The notes beneath the pieces were generated by a model. The model worked only from the letters and a program-made list of their open reading frames with translations. It did not search any database and was not told the origin of the DNA. This document shows, piece by piece, positions 1-12,591 of a stretch of 64,000 nt of DNA. The DNA comes from Antedon mediterranea (lineage: Eukaryota; Animalia; Echinodermata): assembly GCF_964355755.1 (NCBI RefSeq), contig NC_092672.1, positions 620,001 to 684,000 of the forward strand, read 5' to 3'. The position numbers and the translations under genes were made by a program. The number at the start of each line of letters is the position of its first letter. The stretch's first letter is position 1.

Positions 1-3000
1 AGTACCTACATTTTATGTACCCTAGATTTTACATACGAATAAAGGTAGTTCTTGGAAATTTAATACCTATGTAAAGTTGTTTCTTGTTTGTTTTTCTTAA
101 AAGTGTGTGTTTTAGGCATAGCTTTAAAGTAAACAATACATTACTGCAGCTACAATCAATCAATCAATTCACTTTTATTTCCGAAAAAAGTTCATATCAT
201 ACAGCACTTCTACACACCAACATAAAAACAGCAAATCTACACCACCCCTGAATGTGTTGAGGAGTGCAACTTGTAGCACATCTACACCACCCCTGAATGT
301 GTTGAGGAGTGCAATTTGTAGCACACCTACAATTTCAAAAAGACAGGCCTGTAAAATTTAATGTAAAAATTCCTTACCCTTCTTTTTGGTCGGCTGACCA
401 ATAATGGTTGCTCAAGATCAGTGATCTTCCGCTCATACACTTGAGCGTAGTAGTCCACATAGGATATCTCACTGCCATCAAACTTCTTAAACTTACTCAT
501 AGGGTTCAATGACCAGTTGATGTCATCAACACGGTAAGTCTTATTGTTGTACCTAAATTAGAAAAAAGGCCATTAGTTGACAGCTTATATTGTTACAAAT
601 TGTTACAAATTGCACTTCTATATATCTATATATATTATTTTATTTCATATGCATGCAACAGCGAGCACAAACTCGCTAATTACAGGATGGATATACTATT
701 TTATAATGTATTGTGCTTATAAACTAAGTCTCATTTGAGGCTTAGGATTGAGTTGAAAGGGATTGGAAGGCAAGCACATTAAACACCAAGTACAGCTCCA
801 CTAAAAAAATTATATAGGTTTTTTTTTTTGGTTTTGTGAAATAATACAGGTATGATTTGTATTTGTATTTTAAATGATGTTTTATTTGTATTTTACCAAA
901 TTTTATATTTTTACCTTTGAACAAACACAAATAATTTCTAACATATTTTAATGTGTTTAACCATGAATAAATGAATACTGAACAAAAAGTTGAGCATAAG
1001 AGGATGTTGGCCTCTGGTTATCACTACAATGACCTGTCAATCTATTTTTACTTACTTAGTTAGTACAATTTGTCCAACAAGCTTCTTTGTGGCCTGTTCT
1101 TTGAAGGATGACCGGTTTGCATGGAATAGATCATAAAGTTCATCAAGGATTGTACTCAGACACAGCACTTTGTGTGACACCTCCGCTTCAAGCATGATAT
1201 GTGTTTCTCGTTGCGAGATTGATGTTATGAAACCGGGCCAAATTTCAAGTCTTCAAAAAAAAAAGTTTATAGTTAACTTTAAATTAGTTTTAATTTAAGG
1301 GAAAAACTAGTTCTTAGTTCTCAAAATTTTAAAAATATATTTGTAAATAATCTGTACTGATTTAATGTTGACTTACTTGTGCTGCCTGACCTCAATTTTA
1401 TTGTCTGGATTAAAATAATGGCGGCCAATTTGCTGCATGTTGAGCGAACCCATCACTCTGAATAAAACAAAATACATTTAAAGTAAATATGTAAAAGCAT
1501 TAGTAAACCATCAAATAGGAGATATAGACATAGATTAGTTGTATATGTCGTAATTTTAAATTATACGAAAACGTTTTTCCTTGGCAAATTTCAAATAATC
1601 TTTGGATAATAGTATAATAAATAGAATCCTTACTTTCTGAATATGACATTGTACATGTGAAGACACACACCAGAGAAAGGTGGCAGCTCATTGGTCAGTT
1701 TAATCGTAATCTGGATGTTCTCACCTCGTTTTGTCTGCGTAGTAAATACAGTCTCCTGAAAAAAAAAAATTCTTAGCATTACGAGTGCATCAATGAATTG
1801 ACAGAACTGTCAGAATAATATTTTACTACAAAGTATCTACATGTGCCCATATATGGACATGATGATGGCACATTTTTCTTGTCAAACTAGTTTGATAGTG
1901 TAGACAGAGTTCTAGACCACTTGCTAATGAACGTTCACTCATTTAAAGTTAAAGAATCACAAACGTATGGAAATGCATATTGAAGAATTCTATGCTGGAT
2001 GACTCCTATACTAAATATTTAAGTACTATGGTAATAACGACAAAATATAAAATCAATACGTACGGTTCGTTCAAGTTTTATAGGTAGGAATAAAACCATA
2101 CCATCAAATGCATTGGTGGCTCCAATAATTTCTTTCTGTTGTTTTACGAGAGCAATTCGCAATCGTTTACTATCCACAGGTGGGTTGAAGTCCACGTGGT
2201 ACTGGTACAGTGCCCACTGCCCTTTCGTCTTCAGTCTAAAGTTGTTGGACACCAGTTGACATACTGATCCAGTTTTACCTGAAAAAAAATGTCTTTTTAG
2301 AAGAACCTAATTTTTTTTGGGTCACATCGGTATCAATATGTTGTTTTCAGGAATTTTTTTTTTATCCCGTTTTTGGTCAAAGTAAAAAAGTATTATGCGA
2401 CATTAAAATGGCATATTCAACAACATTTTTAAAATTTAGTTTTTTTAGAGGGACAATATTTCTTTAACAAGGTTTAAGTCAGTTAAGATGTATTTAGTTC
2501 GAGTTGACGGTGTATTTGCAAAAATTTAGCTGATTTTAAAATTCTTACCTTGCTTATCCTTGACATGTTCTGGTCTCGTTTGAAACACATTATGGTCACG
2601 TGACCTCCGACCTCTATCTAAACCACCAGCCCCTTGCGGGCCAACTTGTAGCCGCTGCATCTGCTGTACAGGTGGCTGGGCAGCTTCAGGTTTGGCCGGT
2701 GGTCTTGCCAATTGCGCTAGTACAGGTAAAATGAAAAAGGTAAAATATTACTACACCATAAACACACAATAGATAACTCAATGAAAAATTTTAATAGATA
2801 TTCTAACCAATCATTAGTATTTTTTTAATTAATTTTGATTTATATATATTTATTTTGTTGTTACATTTATTTGTTAATTGCAATATGTAATTTCTAGATT
2901 ATTTATTTTAGATTATAAAAGGATCCCAACGCAAATAAGCTAATAAACTTTTTGGGCTATCCTGGAAAATCTTTATAAATGTATTTATTTGTAATGTCAG

Positions 3001-3344
3001 TCATTTATGTTATCAATTTGTATGTATTTTTTATGATTTTCCTAGTAACTTCAAATTAAAATCAAGAGAATTTTGGAAAATGAAGGTCATCTTGGACAGA
3101 TGGCATTATAATAATATTACATTCAATAAAATACCTAGGAAATATTAAAGGTATCTAGCCTACCTGCTACCATAGGTTGAGTGGCGGCTCCACGTGTACG
3201 TCCTCGTCCAGGGGCTACTTGTGGGTCCATCTGAGGAGTAGCAGCAGCACTTCTGGAAGCTTCACCAGGGGTAGGTGCTGGGGTACTTGCAGTCGCTTTA
3301 CCCCGACCCCTAGCACGCCCTCTTGCACGACCTCCTGTTGACAT
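1..3344 (-). CDS. piwi: PIWI-clade Argonaute (piwi-like protein), 5' part; gene continues past the window start
   Basis: GT-AG coding exons at about 3164-3344, 2549-2716, 2064-2278, 1634-1755, 1377-1457, 1056-1250 and 378-552. They translate to [15 protein letters not shown] (RG/RA arginine-methylation N-terminus), [19 protein letters not shown] (N domain), [11 protein letters not shown] and [14 protein letters not shown]...[11 protein letters not shown] (PAZ domain). Confidence 0.95.
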
Positions 3345-4464
3345 TGTTTCGTATTTTTTATATTATTTTCCCCCAAAAAATGCCAACTGCAAAGAAAAAA
3401 AAGTAATTTTACCACAAGGTATTCCTGTAACTATCACAGTGGAGTGACTGATATGATCATATGGCTTACTTACTTTATATGCTTGAAAATGTTAGAGATA
3501 TTGTACTGCTAATGGTATATTACTATTGTATACATACCCAAGTGTGAGAGCCCCACCCATGACCTAATCACACCTTAGTCATAGATTACCTGTGCTGTGC
3601 TAACATCTGTATGTCATTTAGTAAGAGTATATGCATGGGAAAATAAGTTAAAACATAACATAAGTTCGGACATAAACTAAATCTATATTGATGAGTAAGA
3701 TTTAAGTAAAATCAACAAGTTATTTAAGTATTACTTAAATAATGTTTTGACTTAAGTTCATTACTGTATTTTATTAACTATATATGTGATGAAAAAAAAT
3801 AAATAAACAAGGTCAAAATATGTAATTTCCTTGGTATTATCATTAGTATAGGCTGGTCCAAGGTCAAAATATGTAATTTCCTTGGTATTATCATTAGTAT
3901 AGGCTGGTCCAAGAATCTATACTTTTAAAGTATACTAATAGTAAAAGAACAGGAAAACAAAAGCTAAATCATTTAGAGATCAAATTTTCAAAGAGTATTA
4001 ACATATTTAAAAAATAACATTCATGTTTTGTTGTCTTTACTACAGCAATAATAACTAAAGAAACTCTCTATAAATGATTGCAAATTATGCTTAGCACATA
4101 TTCATATACAAATATTTTCATTGATACTGATAGCTTTTAGCTATAACAATTCTTTATTTAACAGCCAATGATGTCAGTATAAAGCTCCAGTCCCACGATC
4201 AGGTTTTTTCTTTTTTCTTCCGTCTTCCAAAGGGACACTGTATTGATTGATGGAAAGTGCCTGTTTCCAGTCACCTTTAGGGTCAAATCTATTATTTTAA
4301 CTGCTCCCTTGTGTATAAAAGAGAGAAAATAGTGACTTATAAGTTTTACTGCATGTCCCATTATTAACAAAACTGACACCATTTTTTTACACCAATAGCC
4401 AATCAGATGGGCAGGAATTTGGCTTGGTAGGGATCAACATCTGAATATTGTAGCAGAGAGATAT

Positions 4465-6221
4465 CTACGCTCGCGCTAACCGCTTGCCAATGGCGACTGG
4501 AGTCTCCATTTGGCGAAAATAATTATTGCCTCGTTCGCCAAATTGGCGAAAATACATTTCCAAGCCTAGGCCTAGCCTGGTCGGCGTGACTTCTTATGGG
4601 AGCGAGAATTCGCCACACTTCGGTACTTTCTGACTCGGGTACACTTTTTACCACCACAGCATTTTATGTGACGACGTCACGATCGCCGTGTTCATTTTTT
4701 TAGTTCTGTTTAAACATGCGCAGAGCGTGCCTCGATGACGTTTTAATGACAAACAGTTAATGTGATTGGTTCGTGGACGACCGCCGTCGACGTGATGATG
4801 AGCGAATAAAAGGGGAAGTCCCTATTCTTCGACGTAGAAAATGAACTTCGAGAAGAAAATGTAAACAGAAACATGTGGACGAATACTTCCGTAAACGAGG
4901 CTGTTCTGTTATTTAAAAAGAAGAATTTTAAATTTAACAAAGTAATTACCTCAATAGTATAATGTTAACATGTTTAATTTATTTCCCTTTCGATTATTCT
5001 ATTCTAACCGAAAGTTGCGCTTTAAATTGAATAGCTAAGAAACAGCGTATACTGCAACGGCAACCATGGCCAAAGCGCGTTTAGGCCGCCTACATAGAAT
5101 GGGTTACGGCCGCTGCATAGCAAATTCAAAGCTTCTTAAATTTCTGCGGTACATTTCTTGTTTTATATAATAGATTGATAAATATTCAAATTAAATAATT
5201 TAATAAATCGGTAAAATTGACGTTTTGAAGCAAATATTCCATGATGAGAGGCGACATTTTTCGACATGCCTCGTGTGCGACGAAGACTAGTTCAGAAAAT
5301 GGAACAGTCCACTGCGGGGGTTATCCAATCATTAATTAACGCGCTAATACGATGCATACCATGCACATTGCCTGGGCGACGGTAATTTAGTAATAAGCGG
5401 AGAACTGAATCCCCCGTAAGGAAAATGGTAAACACTGATATTTATGGTAGGGATTATTTTTTTCAGGGGTTGGTCTTGTTGGCTCGCACGAGGTCCACGC
5501 AAAGTCAAATAAAACGATGTGTTTTATCAAACAGAAATATAAATTAGCTTCAATTCAATACTAAATTAGCCAGATTTTGATAATGAGAAAGACTCAAAAA
5601 TTCAATTTTTATCGTTAAAATTGACATTTGAGGCGGATGTACATAATAATAATAACCGATTTACATATCAAAATAAAGAGTATTTAAAGCCTGATAACAT
5701 GCAACAAAAATTACTCCACCACCTATTATGGACCTCGTGCGATCGGGGTGCGAAAATGGGTAGGTGTTTTCCAAAGTTATTTTTAGCGCGCGGATTTCGG
5801 CTCGCCGGCTTTTGTACCTCATTTTTAACTCGCGTTTTCTATTAAAATATTTAATAAACATAGATTATAAATATATAAAAATAATCCCTTAAACAAGATC
5901 TTTCCAGGCATATAATTTTTATTCTCATGGGTACATAAGAAATAGTATATTTTTAACTTCAAAGACACGTCACTTTTTGAAATTTCACGAACGTGTTAAA
6001 ATCCCGGTAACGAAAATCAGGTTCATTGGGATACTTAATAATAATATAAATGTAAAAAAAATAAAATTTTTTAAAAAATACCTGCATTATTTATTTAATA
6101 AACATTTTTTCGAATTTTTATGGTTTTTTAAATGTGGCTAAAGGATTTTCAATTTGGCTAATGTTTTTCAAAACCTTTCGCCATTTTGGCGAACGAAAAT
6201 TTGACCTTAGCGCGAGCGTAG
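4465..6221. mobile_element. Non-autonomous TIR DNA transposon, 1.76 kb
   Basis: Perfect 15-bp TIR CTACGCTCGCGCTAA (4465-4479) / TTAGCGCGAGCGTAG (6207-6221). Subterminal inverted TCGTTCGCCAAATTGGCGAA (4531-4550 vs 6177-6196, 1 mismatch). 5-bp direct repeat GATAT on both flanks. No credible ORF. Confidence 0.85.
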
Positions 6222-6357
6222 GATATAATATAGTTCACTATATATCTTCTGGTTATAGTTGAATGGAATACAAAGATTATAAAGTGTTATTAAAAGTCAT
6301 AATCAATCAAATATATTATATATTTATATATAATTATAGATAAACAGGTTGTTTATT

Positions 6358-8013
6358 CAGACCTCCCAACTCTCCCGAAAATCGCGGGACTCTCCCGATT
6401 TTTTTGGTTCTCTCCCGCTCTCCCGCGAAACCCAAATTTCCCCCCGATTTTTTTCATTTTTGGATAAAAATTTCCCGATTTTAAATAAGGAACATATACA
6501 ATATGGCCAAGCCAAGTAATCACATTTTTAACGTTGGATTTTGTTAAATTGACAGGGCGTTGTGAAGTTGGTTGTTTAGTTAAAAGCAAAACAAAAGCCA
6601 CACGCAAATACCATTGTTCGTAAAAAGATAAATAAAACAAAGCATACTCGAATAAAACAAAGAGTACTACTTCCCTTTTTTGTTGACTAATTAAATACGC
6701 CTAGGTGGGTCGCCTAAACAACATGGCATGGTGGTAGGTGTGGGCTGGCAGATAGAATTGCATTCAGCAAGCTTTTTGTGAATAAACGACCAATCAAATC
6801 AATCCCTTGAAAAACCACTTATTGACCACGTATAATTAAAAAAAAAGATGCATTTTTTAATTACTTATCAACTGATCGCCATTCAACTAGTTAAAATAAT
6901 ATTACAATTTCAAATAAATAATTTACGATGTCAGCTCGGCCGCCGAAGAAAAAAATTAAGTATGCAGCAAAGTTCAAACCAGAGTTCACAGAAGATTATC
7001 CATGCATTATTTCGGTCAGAGCAAAGATTATATAGCGCCGCTACGCGGCGCTATATAATCTTTGGTCAGAGGTGAACCTAGTTCAGCCAAAGATTGTATA
7101 GCGTAGCGTAGCTATACAATCTTTGGTTCAGCTAGATGGACGCTGTGCAATTTGACATTCAATATAAGCCAAAAATTCTTTGATATAAGTCATGGCGGTA
7201 GAAATGTTTCGGCAAGTTTATTTTATTTTTCATATGTTATGTGCTTTTTTAATGTATAATTAAATAAACTACAAAAGGCCAGAAAATGTTAGACGCAAGG
7301 CTGCAACCATTGAAGCTAGGCTAGTAGTGTTCACTCGACTAGCCTTTGTAGGCCTAGCCCTCAACAGTGCCAGTAGGTTACTAAACGGCGTCGTTCAGTC
7401 ACTCCAGGCCTAGGGATTGGTGAACCTTAGATAGGCTAGGCCTGTAGTTGGCCTGTCGATTCGGCTACTAGGCCTGGTGGTGGTCATACGTACGTCTAGG
7501 TACAAAACTGTATGTTATCTAGGCCTATCTATGTTTTTAAAAATATAATATTTAGCCTAAAAAAAAAATATTTAGCCTAGATCTGTAATTAGTTATTGAA
7601 ATTGATATTTTTTACAGACAAAGAAGCATGAAAAAGCTGCAAGAGTTGTGAACCAATGCCAGACTTTGTTGTTCAATATAAACAGAGATCCAATAGCAGA
7701 AAAGGTTATAAACGCGGAGGTGCTTTATACATCGTATATTGTAGAACACAATCTTCCATTCGCCATTACGCAGCACGCAAACCACCTTTTTCCAGCTATG
7801 TTCCCGGACTCAAATGCACTAAATGTGTTATGTTAATAATGTACATAAGATGAAAGATGAAAATAAAATATTGTATTGCAGCATTTTGAAAAAACAGACA
7901 ATTTATTTTTGTATATCTTTGTTGTGTAACGCGCGTCGCATAACGCGTCGTAATAATATATTTTTTACCGAAAAAATCTCCCTATTTTTTGTCAATCCAT
8001 GTTGGGAGGTCTG
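6358..8013 (+). mobile_element. Internally deleted hAT-superfamily DNA transposon with a transposase 5' remnant
   Basis: 13-bp TIR CAGACCTCCCAAC / GTTGGGAGGTCTG. Remnant peptides MSARPPKKKIKY..TLCNLTFNISHGGRN (6928-7205) and KKHEKAA..VINAEVLYTSYIVEHNLPF..HLFPAMFPDS (7618-7812) resemble hAT transposase N-termini. The catalytic region is absent. Confidence 0.85.
7022..7182. mobile_element. Three ultra-short palindromic insertions (7022-7064, 7088-7125, 7170-7182) with 7-8 bp TSDs
   Basis: GTCAGAG|CAAAGATT..AATCTTTG|GTCAGAG; GTTCAGC|CAAAGATT..AATCTTTG|GTTCAGC; ATATAAGC|CAAAAATTCTTTG|ATATAAGT. Confidence 0.85.
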
Positions 8014-9099
8014 CTTATTTATTATTATTAATCCCATTTGGTCTACTAGTGACCTACATGGGGTACTGTACAGTACAGCCACAGGACAATTAACATTCTT
8101 GGTTTGGTGACCATTGAATACACTTGCTTTTAGCACAGTTCAGATAAAATCAGAATGGCAAAATTAAAATTCTCTACAGAACTAATTGATTATTATCGGG
8201 AAGAAGAAGTGTTATGGAATATTCTGATGCCAGAATATAAGGATAGAGATAAACGAAAAGCGGCGTTAAATAAGAATAAGTGTTGCCTAGAAAAAAGAAA
8301 TATATAAGAAAGATACATTTATATGCTTTTAGTTTCTGAATATACCTACAGTATACAAAGATTGTCCCTAAATTGCAAGCTTATCGACATTCTATTCAAA
8401 AAGTAGGTCATTAGTGACCAAGTAAAGAAATAACTGTGGGATCACAACACTCTTCTCCTGACATCATATCAATCAATACAAGTCCCTTTGGAAGAATGAA
8501 GAACCAACTTCCAACTTCATTGATTGCATTTTTTCAACTCCACAACAAATTCCAGATACAGGTTAAAGGTCATTAAACCCTAACCCTTTTCTGGTGTTGT
8601 CTTTTGAATTTGATGTACTGTTTATCGTCTTTTTTATAATGTATTTTATGTATGAACCAAATAAATTCAATCAATCAATTAATCAACCCATTATCACTGA
8701 AAGGTGTAAAGAACAAGATTGCTGGTAATCCAATTACAGCCTGACCTCTACAAAATGCTCTGTAGATGAAGCTTGGCCTGGCAAACAGGCAGGACAGGAA
8801 ACAAACACACACACTGCACTATAATAATTAAGTTATCAAATATTAATGTTTAAGTGTTATAACATATAGACAACAAAGACAATTAGCAATAGCAGTGAAA
8901 TCTTCAAAACAACCAATCCTATCTGTTCCTTTCTTCAATTTATAAGACCAAAACAACACAGTAATAAAATCATAAACTATTAATCATCATTCAGTATTCA
9001 GCAACTTCTTTGTAAAACAAATAAAAAATACAACTCCCTATGCTGGTTTAGCTAGCAAGCATTACAATTGGCTCCAACCAGTAATAAAAATGGTGTATT

Positions 9100-9157
9100 T
9101 ATTTGCGCCTTGAGCACTCTTGAGTGGTACGTGCGCTATATAAATCCATATTATTAT
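9100..9157 (+). mobile_element. L2/CR1-type LINE 3' tail fragment
   Basis: GCGCCTTGAGCACTCT.GAGTGGTA.GTGCGCTATA...TATTAT matches the 3' end of the LINE at about 61262-61330 in opposite orientation. Confidence 0.7.
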
Positions 9158-9650
9158 GAAATAAACTAAAATAAACATTGTATTAAGTAGTACTGCAGTA
9201 GGCTGTGCCTAGCTATTAACAATATTAAACAAGAGCATTGATAAAGTAAATATTATATTTTTTATTGAATTTCTACACTGGGAGAACAAGTTGTAAATTA
9301 AAGCAATTATATAACTACTTGAATAAATAAGTACTGTTACTGTTTATACTTGTTGTCAATTTTTAGTCCGTTTAAATATATTATATCTATCTTTTAATCA
9401 GATTTGCTGACAACCAACATTTCTTTGTATTTTTCGGAGACAAATAAAGTTTCATGTACAAGTAGCTTTGCTTTGAATGTGGTAATTGGCAAACTATTTG
9501 GCCAAATCTGATGTATTGTGTTTTATACTTTTGTTATAAGAAAGAACACATACTTCACTCTACCTATTTCACAGTAACAATAAGACATGTGGATGAAAAC
9601 TTTTGACACAATGCATTCATTCTTTGTACAGCAATAATAGGATTATTTTA

Positions 9651-10065
9651 AAGGTCACCAATTCCCTACGTTTTTTAGATCTGATTTAAGGTCACACACT
9701 ACATTAATGTAAACAAAAAAACTATATGGTCCTATTGATTGAGATCGTCTTTAAATGGTTAAAAATGTGAAAAATAAGGCGATTCTAATAATCCCAACAT
9801 GCATTGCGTGCGGATTGATAATAGTTTTTCTTCTGTAATTTACCAACTTTTCGATCGAGAGGCCAAAACAAATAGAAGACTCCTAACTTTTCAGCGAAAA
9901 TACTGGGTTTCCCCAAATGTGTATCAACAGCGTCTGTCAAAAACAGAAAGATAATTAATGCAGCAACTATACAACGTCAGACTAGTACTATAGTTTAATG
10001 TTTTTAAAGTAATATATATGCATTATTTTTACAAAACGTCACACATATAAGATTTTTCATGGTAT
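9651..10065. mobile_element. Truncated Kolobok-like non-autonomous element, inverted copy of 18704-19305
   Basis: Starts TTAA|AGG..TTCCCTACGTTTTTTAGATCT and aligns by eye with the reverse complement of about 18780-19305, including AGACTCCTAACTTTTCAGCGAAAATAC. Confidence 0.75.
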
Positions 10066-10978
10066 TGATTCTTTGGATCCAGACGATTCGGCCCACTTTT
10101 GGGCCGAAACATCCCACTTTGTGGGCCAAAACGTCTCACTTCAGACCAAATTCATATTCATTTTTTTTTAGTATTTATCTATTATTAAGTTTTTAAAGGT
10201 TTTTAACAATCTGTATTTTATTGATATTGAAAATGTTGATATAATATATATAATAAATTACTAAAAAAACGTAATTTTATATTCAATTTATTACTTAAAC
10301 CTTGTTTATTTCGTGCATGCTTATAAAATGCATCAAAGCCGATAAATTTAAGTGATTTTTTTTTGGGGGGGGGAGAGGGGGGGAGGCGGGTCGCCGACCA
10401 CCACTCATGACATGCTGGTGATATCCCTGGAAGAGGATGCTGTGATGTTTGAGGGACAAATGAGCACAGTAATCTCTAAGCCTCGAAGATTCAAGGTAAA
10501 ATTGTACGGAATGGGTCTTTATTTTTAATTTTAATACTTTTTCAAGATTAGAAAGGCAATATGAAGAATAAGTCAATATGATTATGAAGAATTTATTATT
10601 TATTTAGTTATTTACAAATATTTAATGTAATGGTATCCTAATCTTAGCAGTACCTGACCAATTCATTCTGTATGTTTGACATTTTGTTGGTCTAAATCAA
10701 TAAATGAAAATGAATAAGTTTACCGCCGCAAGCCGACGACCATGGTAATGGTGGCTGGCCAGTACAGTCACACCAGCCAAACATGCAGCTGCTACTGGAA
10801 AGGTACAGCTGATGGATACACGCTGTCGCTAGCTGTTACCATCATAACAACCGACCCAAGCATGCCATATTATGGACAGAAAATCTTTGTTTATACGAAG
10901 AATTACTCTGAAATAGACAATTGAAACAACGTTCATAATTATTATATTGTAAATAAGTCAAATTAAAAAGAAATATAC

Positions 10979-11080
10979 CTCGTTTTTGGCCCTATATGTT
11001 CACTATTATCAGCTCTTGGTCTCGCCCACCAAACGCGCCAATGCACAATAAAAATGGCGAAAGACGAACACCACGCGGTT
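10979..11080 (-). promoter_or_regulatory. Candidate non-coding first exon / TSS region of piwi
   Basis: CpG-richer patch with a YY1-like CGCCATTTT motif and a minus-strand donor AACGAG|GTATAT at about 10978. The piwi ATG exon has an acceptor at 3387, so an upstream exon is expected. Confidence 0.4.
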
Positions 11081-12390
11081 GTTTGGTGAAAACAGAGGGA
11101 GACATCATAATAATGAGAGGAGAGGTGGTGGTGGATCATCCATAATATATATCCTTATATTTTAGCAGTCGCGCCAGCACGTGGTGTGTGTAAATAGACG
11201 GCGAGACCTGTATCTCCTCGTCTCGTCGTCGCAACCTAAAAAGTATAGGTTTTTTTCAAATATTAAAATTATATTTATTACTGGTATTGTAATTGTATCA
11301 AGAGGTTCCCACTTATGTTTGGGCCATTGGACCATGGTTTCCTAGTCTTGAGCTACCGGTATTTTTTTTTTTATTGAAGGCTGCAGGAGACAAAAATAGC
11401 TATGTGGCCTGTCTACAGGTAAAATTCAACATGGATCACAGATAACAGATTAATAAAAATCAATTAAATAAGATAAAAATTAAACCAATAAAACAATCAT
11501 GTATGGCCAACTATTATGTGATACTGTAATTTTGTTAAGTTGTCTAATAGGCACTAGCCTAAACTATTTCAATCAAACAGTAAGTGTAAGAGTGTAGGCC
11601 TACACGACGGTGTCCCATTGGAGTTTTTGTATTATAAAACGGCCAGTTTCGAATTATGTTGCCTCGACATCCAATAAATTAATTATATTGTCCCCCGCAA
11701 AACAAGACAATTAAGATTAGGCCTAAAATACTTCAAACTTTGAATACGCAATAATGGTTTGATTATAAAAAGACAAAATAAACGGTTACATTTAATCAAG
11801 AACCTATTGTCTGACACTCAGACAATTTGACTATTGTTTTGCTTTTTACAATTTTTTCCTGTAGATAAAATAATTTGTTTTCGATCCATTTTGGTTTCAT
11901 TATTTCAGGAGACAATATCTTTATTTATTTTCCAAGCATGCAGGCCTACTGAGAGTGTTAGTAGGCATATGTGAGTGGTTATTTTTAAAAGAATTTCTAT
12001 AAAAATTAAAATGTGCCCTTATACTCTGCTGTAAATACTTTTCGGCCGTGTTCGGCCGTGTTCGAGCATTTGTGATCAGGATCCCACAAGAATCTCTCCC
12101 TGATTTTGACCGGACAACGCATGGCATGGCATACCAAACTCTAACGAATAAAATTAATTACAATTGAGGGCGCTAAACATAAAATTGCAGGTGGCGAAAG
12201 CCAAAAAAAAGATCTAACGTGTGCTCTCCCTCCCTCTCAGCGCTAAGGCCCTGCTGCAGCCTTTTGGGGTGGTTTTCACCAAATCACCAGATGCATTAAT
12301 GTTCACTGCCTCTTGATGTGGTGGAAAGGGAAACGTATAATTCTGTGAACCCCAAACACATTAGCTCGCATAGCTTTAACTCTATTCCAC

Positions 12391-12463
12391 CGACCAGCGT
12401 GGGAATCGAACCAACGACATTCGTGTTACTAACACGACGCTCAGTCGACTGAGCTAACTGGTC
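12391..12463 (-). pseudogene. tRNA-derived sequence (tRNA-Ile-like body, anticodon AGT); pseudogene or SINE head
   Basis: Cloverleaf with acceptor GACCAGT/GCTGGTC, anticodon stem TCGTG/CACGA around TT-AGT-AA and T-loop TTCGATT. The D-loop lacks the invariant GG and the T-stem has one mismatch. Confidence 0.7.
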
Positions 12464-12559
12464 ATCTTGCTTTTAACTGGGTTAATATGTCTATTTATGA
12501 CGTAATGATGAATTACGTAATATACGTATAATAATAAATAGACTAATATTATTATATTA

Positions 12560-12591
<32 letters not shown>

